Shown here: positions 56,784 through 64,000 of the stretch, piece after piece
How positions within the stretch are numbered: the stretch's first letter is position 1
Layout: the number at the start of each line of letters is the position of its first letter
Program-made: the position numbers and the translations under genes
Notes under the pieces: generated by a model
Seen by the model: the letters and a program-made list of their open reading frames with translations, nothing else
What the model was told of the DNA's origin: nothing
The model's database searches: none
Source of the DNA: Eledone cirrhosa
Taxonomy: Eukaryota
DNA length: 64,000 bases
Assembly: GCA_964016885.1 (NCBI GenBank)
Contig: CAXHJY010001123.1
Location: 23,580-87,579, forward strand
Reading direction: 5' to 3'

Positions 56784-57338
56784 AAAGTTTTCGTGAAATA
56801 GTCTTTTCAAGACTATACAGAGCATTTGAAGTTGTCCCAAATTGAAGGTTGAGTACTTTAGACTTTGTTTTATCATGAGTTAAGGCTCTATTGATTTTTC
56901 CCTGGATTTCTCTAAATTCTGTTGGATAAATCTATATCCTGATTCCTTTTGAATTGAGTCTGAATTATTTTTCCCATATCTTATGTTAACTATTTTCCCA
57001 TTTTGACGCTATAGTCAAATATATGTTATGGAATACTGTTAGCTTCTCGCTACAACAATTTCTATACTTTTCATTTAAATATATATATATATATATATAT
57101 ATATGAACAGTCTATTTGTCTCTAATACTTAGATACGCAGACATCTATAGATAAGATATCACAGAGAGAAGCAAGTTTCATTTGTTCTCGGTATGGTGAA
57201 CTAACTGTTGTAGAATTACTTCTACCAAACTCGTCCCATGGACTAAGTGCTCTACTACTACGGATATAACCCACCAGAGTTCTACTATTATATATGATGA
57301 TTTCTCACGAATGAAACAGTTCTAGTCCTGTAGAACCT

Positions 57339-57427
<89 letters not shown>

Positions 57428-57893
57428 ACTGGTTTAGCTCGGGTCTAGCTGTCGAAATGTCTAGACGGCCGGAGCTCCGCCGTCGGTGTCCTGACTCTTT
57501 TCCTATATATATATATGTTTACCGAATTCGCAGACCAGACCCCTTCTTCCTCCCGTTAGACCTGTGCGAAATTCCTTCCTTGCTCACATTTCAACCAGGT
57601 TTGATGGTCTTTATTCTCTCGTTCACGATTTCACCGAATTTATATTCATAGAAATCTCGGACTTGTCTCTTTCTTCATCACTTTCTGTTGCTTAAACCAT
57701 TTTATTTGTTTACCCTCGCGTCCCCTTTATTTACGTGTCCCAACGACTTTTTTTAGCCGTTGCTCGCACCAACCTGAGGTATATGGTCTTTAAAGCGATG
57801 AAATGCCTAGGACGGTTGGAAGACCACTGATGAAGGACAAACTTTTTCATATGTAACCCATTTGCAACGCCGCAGCTCCATTATTATCATATT

Positions 57894-57954
<61 letters not shown>

Positions 57955-57963
<9 letters not shown>

Positions 57964-58445
57964 TGCAAACGAATCGAATGTTATTATTAATATTCGAAAA
58001 TCTCAGATTACATTTATTGTATTCAGCCATGTTGAGCGAAAATTATTTATTGTTTTTATTTGAATGTGGCAAAGCCGGCCACTTATCGGTCGTATGCAGG
58101 AAACTGACTGGCCAGTCAGCTGATATGCAAATCTGGCTGATCAATGGATCTGTTAATATGCAAATTTGACTGATGAGCCAGTCTACTAATATGCAAATCA
58201 GGCCGATCAGTCACTGTATATTTTAGAAAATAGCATATATTTTCACTAGCTCTTACAGTGAGTTGTACTGATGAAGGGTGATACGCAGAAACATTAGTGT
58301 CTGCAGTTCTGTTTACATGCCAACACAAGAGCAAGAATGAAGGGTTCATTCTACTGACATTGCTTTAAAAATGAGGCTTGTTTGCATAATTGAAAACGAA
58401 TTGAATGTTATTATTAATATTCGAAAAACTCAGATTACACTTATA
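57955..58445 (+). mobile_element. Small non-coding unit bounded by ~55-bp direct repeats, with HHR (58263-58306) and 3 octamer motifs
   Basis: aaacgaat.gaatgttattattaatattcgaaaa.ctcagattaca occurs twice; ttgta-CTGATGA...GAAA-cattagtg-TC-tgcag. Confidence 0.65.
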
Positions 58446-59585
58446 TATATACATATATCTCTATATATATATACATGTACGTGTGTGTGGTTTTCGGTGT
58501 TTGTGGTGATGGTTGACTTTAGTTGAATTTAATCTCATTGTATCATTGTTCTTGTATTATTCTGGTGGTAGTTGTAGGCGGTGGTTGTGGACGTATTTCC
58601 ACACTATTCATTTTACCTAATAACCTGTGATACAGCATCGTATTGGATTAAAATGTTTTATAATACATATTCACACATCCGAAAGACAGGTTACATGTAC
58701 ATATTAGTAGCATATTCTGAACCCTCTTGCTCTCTCAAGAGATAGAATGAATGAATGAATAATACCCCACCACCAATATCTCCACCACCATCCCCACCAT
58801 CAACAACACTACCAACAGAACCTCCGCTGTTTCAGTTTTTATCCAATATCCTTTATTTCTTCATGTTTCATTTTTTAGCCATCTTGAACTGGGTAATTTA
58901 TTCTTTTTTTCCTTCGATTTTTCTCCCCTTTTCTCCTGACCTCAGATCAATACACTCAGTTGTTATCTTTTAAATTTGAAGTCTTTATTTGTTCCCCTCC
59001 AGTCATCCACTTCTTTCAACTCTTACCTTGCTTTCGTTCTTTCATATGAGTACATTTTTTTAATCTTACTTAAATCTTTTGGTATTTCTCCATGTTTGCT
59101 TCCCATTCTACTTTATTTTTTTTTTACATTGTTTGTTTAAATTTGGTAAACTTGCCTTCGTCTAATTCTACTTCTACTTGTTTTCTTACGCAAATTTACC
59201 CCCTAACTCCTTTCTTCCTCTCTCCTTTTCTATTTCTCATTATCTGTAACTTACTATAGATTTCCTCCTTCAAATTATTTGATGAAAAATATTCCATCAA
59301 AATTTGCGCAGAATGTTGTTGTTTATCATTAAACAGTTCAAGCCTGTATGTATTTGTTTTATCAACATTCAAGTATTACATTGTTACATCGAGGCAACTG
59401 GTTCAGTACAAAACTTCAGGGAACCAGATTATACAAACTATAAGAGTCTTTCGTGTTTGCTTTCAAATCTATGTACAAAAAGATTGCATACATCCAGCCA
59501 ACAGTGAAACTCTATGTGGAGGCCCAAACTTCTAAAAATAGCAACCAAATCCCAACTCCCTCAAGTGAAACTATATTATTTTAAT

Positions 59586-59967
59586 TGGTGGATTGGCAGT
59601 ATCGGTAGAGGGTCGGGCGCCATGCTTTGAAGCATAGAATTACCTCCCTTTATGATCTGATTTCAAATCCCGCCGAGGTTAACTTTGTCTTTCATCCTTA
59701 CGGGGTCGATAAAATAAAGTAACAGTAATGTACTGGGATAATTGCTGGCCTTGTGCCAAAAGTAGAAACAATTATTTTAATTGGTGGATTGGCAGTATCA
59801 GTAGAGGGTCAGACACCATGCTTTGCAGCATAGAGTTACGTTCCCTTACGGTCTGAGTTCAAATCCCGCCGAGGTTAACTTTGCTTTTCACTCTTACGGG
59901 GTCGATAAAATAAAGTACCAGTAATACACTGGGATAATTGCTGGCCTTATGCCAAAAATAGAAACAA
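59586..59967 (+). mobile_element. Two full SINE copies in tandem
   Basis: Heads at ~59586 and ~59782, each preceded by attattttaatt. Confidence 0.9.
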
Positions 59968-60367
59968 GTCTTTTAAAAAAGAAAAAGATGGAATAATTAG
60001 ATAATGTAACCCTCCATAGTACTAAATATTACAATTTTGAGCCACCCGTTGAAGTGACGATACCTGTAATTAAAAGGGCAGGTGGTTTCACATACTGTGT
60101 CAATCTGACTTTCTCCCGAGAATTACGTTAAAATTATATCTGGCTGTGGAGTACTTTGCCTCGTACACGTTACTTTCATGAGCGGGCCACTCCATTGACA
60201 GAACAATTATAACACACATCATTGAAAGAGAGGGAGTGAACGAAACAATAAAGTGGACTTGCTAGACTTGCTTGAATATACCTCGTTAGTTACAAGGGCG
60301 GCAACAGCAAAAAACACATATTCATTCTTTCTTTAAATGCACGAACAGAGAGAGGGAGAGAGTGAGT

Positions 60368-60444
<77 letters not shown>

Positions 60445-60591
60445 ATACTGAGACAAGCACACACAAGCCTGCACACATATACGGACGGTCTCTTTTATTT
60501 TTAATTTCTGTGCCAGGAATCTTTCCGATTTTAATACATGTTTAAATGAAGCCTTATTTATGAAAAAATACACACACATATGCACCCCCAA

Positions 60592-61250
<659 letters not shown>

Positions 61251-61786
61251 GCATGAATGAATGTATGTATATATGTATAATGCATATAGGCGTGTATTTG
61301 TATATAGGGTGTTTAGTACATGCGCGTGTTGGTGTGAATAGGTAGTCGTTTAAATAGATATCATTATTCTTTTTATAGCCAATACGTGTATTGATTTCCT
61401 TTAGACAAATATTGTTGTGTAAAAGACATGAGCATCTCAACAACACAATTCTGTTTGTAAAGAACATGTGTGTTCATCTCTACTTCGATATATTTCTTTA
61501 CACCTGTATTTCTCACACAGTGGACATAGTGGACATAGTGGACACAGTGGACACAGACATGGTCGTGTGGTTAATAAGTTCGCTTAGCAATCATGAGATC
61601 TCACGTTCCATCTCACTATGTGGCATCATGGACAAGTATATTTTTATAAAGGTTCAAAGTGAAGACAGGTACACAGAGATTGTGTCATACTGATTCAGCT
61701 TGGGAATTACATTAAGCGTACTCGTGTCTGTGGAATGCACATGTACTTATACGTTAATTATTGAGTTTAACTCAGCCAATTCCTTC

Positions 61787-61830
<44 letters not shown>

Positions 61831-62255
61831 CTTTATGTATCAAGGCCTAAATAAGTGAAAGACAAAGTTGACCGCAGAGTGATTTGAACTCCCAGAATGT
61901 AGAAAAACAGCACATACAATTAGACTGTTCCCTATAATATACATAACCTCATATTTCTTTTCAGTTTGGTGTTCATATGCATATGTAAGCTGAGGAAGTA
62001 TAATCAAATTATATCCAATAATACTTATAGAAAACCATATGCTAACATAAACACAGTATGCATGTAACTCAGCTCAATTATAATTATATAATTGTATTAG
62101 CACCTAACTTGCATATTTGCATTCTAACTTACAAATACAATGTTATATTCTAATATAACTTCTCTTTAATATCTCTGTATCAATTTTCTTGATTAATTAT
62201 CACCTGTTATATTAATTGTTTTTCCACCCATGAAATATTAATCGTACCTTTATGC

Positions 62256-62833
<578 letters not shown>

Positions 62834-62864
62834 AAAGAATAGAGGTGTAACACACAAGTTATTA

Positions 62865-63357
62865 TATATTGGTAAACGGAATAGAAAATGCTGACAAATT
62901 GTTCACAGTTGAAAAATGGTTTAATTAGGAATAAAAGAGTATTAGTGATTGTATGGGTTAGTATTCAGTTGTGGTTTTAAGTTTTTAAGTTTTTACCGGT
63001 TGCGCATTTCTAAATGCTTTTCAAAAATAATTTTGAGATAGAGTGTCCGTGCTGTTTGCTCTGATCTGATTAGTTTTGGGAATTCTACCTGTTTTTATGT
63101 AAAAAAAGTGGCTCCAGCGTTATTTTTGTGTTGCAAAAATGCTTGTGGTCAAAACAATTTTGATTGGTCGGTAGAGGTCATGTGAATGTAAAAAGTTGAT
63201 TTTGCGCCAAGACTGTTTTTATGTTAAAAAAGTGGCTCCAGCAAAAATTCTTGGTCAAAACAATTTTGATTGGTCGGTAGAGGTCATGTGGATAAAAAAT
63301 TGGTTTTGCGCCAAGATTGAGAAATGACTCTTTCACAACAAATATGTGTGTGTGTGT

Positions 63358-63456
<99 letters not shown>

Positions 63457-63526
63457 GTAGTAGTAGTAAGGTGTTCGATGCTGCGACAATGGCCAGCAGC
63501 GATGTGTGTCAAATGGCTATTAAGAT

Positions 63527-63585
<59 letters not shown>

Positions 63586-63885
63586 GCAGAGTAATTCGAT
63601 GGTCAGTAAGAATGTGTCTGAAAGCAATGGGGGGTATTTTAGCATGTCAAAAGATATTTTTCAGCTTTTGTCTTATACGGAGAAGTGTGTGTGTGTGTAT
63701 ATATAAGTCTCTTTGTATGTTGATGTACGCGTGTTTGTGTATATATATGTGTGTGTGTGTGGGGGGGGACCAGTATTTTTTTCCCCCCTGGTAAAATGGT
63801 GTACATTATTCGATTTTTTAAGTAAAATCGGTTCTCTTAATAGAACATCAAAAATCTTAACAATAAAAGGTGTGAAATGATATTC
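62865..63885 (-). mobile_element. Family F PLE 3'UTR/pLTR, second copy
   Basis: Reverse complement of 7965-8945 with a local duplication at ~63090-63310. Confidence 0.72.
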
Positions 63886-64000
63886 ACTATATATATACAC
63901 ACATACATATATTCACTACATAGATATATATATATACATATATACATACATATATATGCACATATATTTTTTTGTATTGCACCATAGAGCATGTGTGTTT

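Noticed and set aside
57780-57860. Isolated CTGATGA at ~57828
   Set aside because: No matching stem II/GAAA/stem I arrangement could be built.
58900-59580. Possible host exons in unique-looking stretches (also ~16520-16740 and 56790-57060)
   Set aside because: No open frame with convincing splice sites or recognisable protein motifs; short exons cannot be excluded without RNA-seq.

Overview
AT-rich, microsatellite-dense animal DNA with no host exon I can support. The SINE types suggest an octopod cephalopod (inference). The window is dominated by Penelope-like retroelements (PLEs), most of them ending at (TA)n tracts. There are two Neptune-like two-ORF elements (A: 1-5547, apparently intact ORFs; B: 9340-14990, a ~2.15-kb-arm palindrome), two Naiad-like elements (C: decayed; D: one frameshift from intact), a Nematis-like GIY-YIG fragment, and many short fold-back 3'-end (pLTR) insertions. 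Minimal hammerhead ribozyme (HHR) motifs from about ten pLTR families can be read directly. Also present: a non-autonomous Helitron with a spliced Rep/Hel N-terminus, an RTE LINE, CRE- and R4-like fragments, TcMar-type MITEs and many tRNA-derived SINEs. Top finding: both divergent two-ORF PLEs keep an HIV-type slippery heptamer (T TTT TTA) in the ORF1 frame just after the -1 frame opens into the AUG-less RT/GIY-YIG N-terminus. This points to gag-pol-like programmed -1 frameshifting in an endonuclease-containing PLE. Boundaries and folds were read by eye and are approximate.
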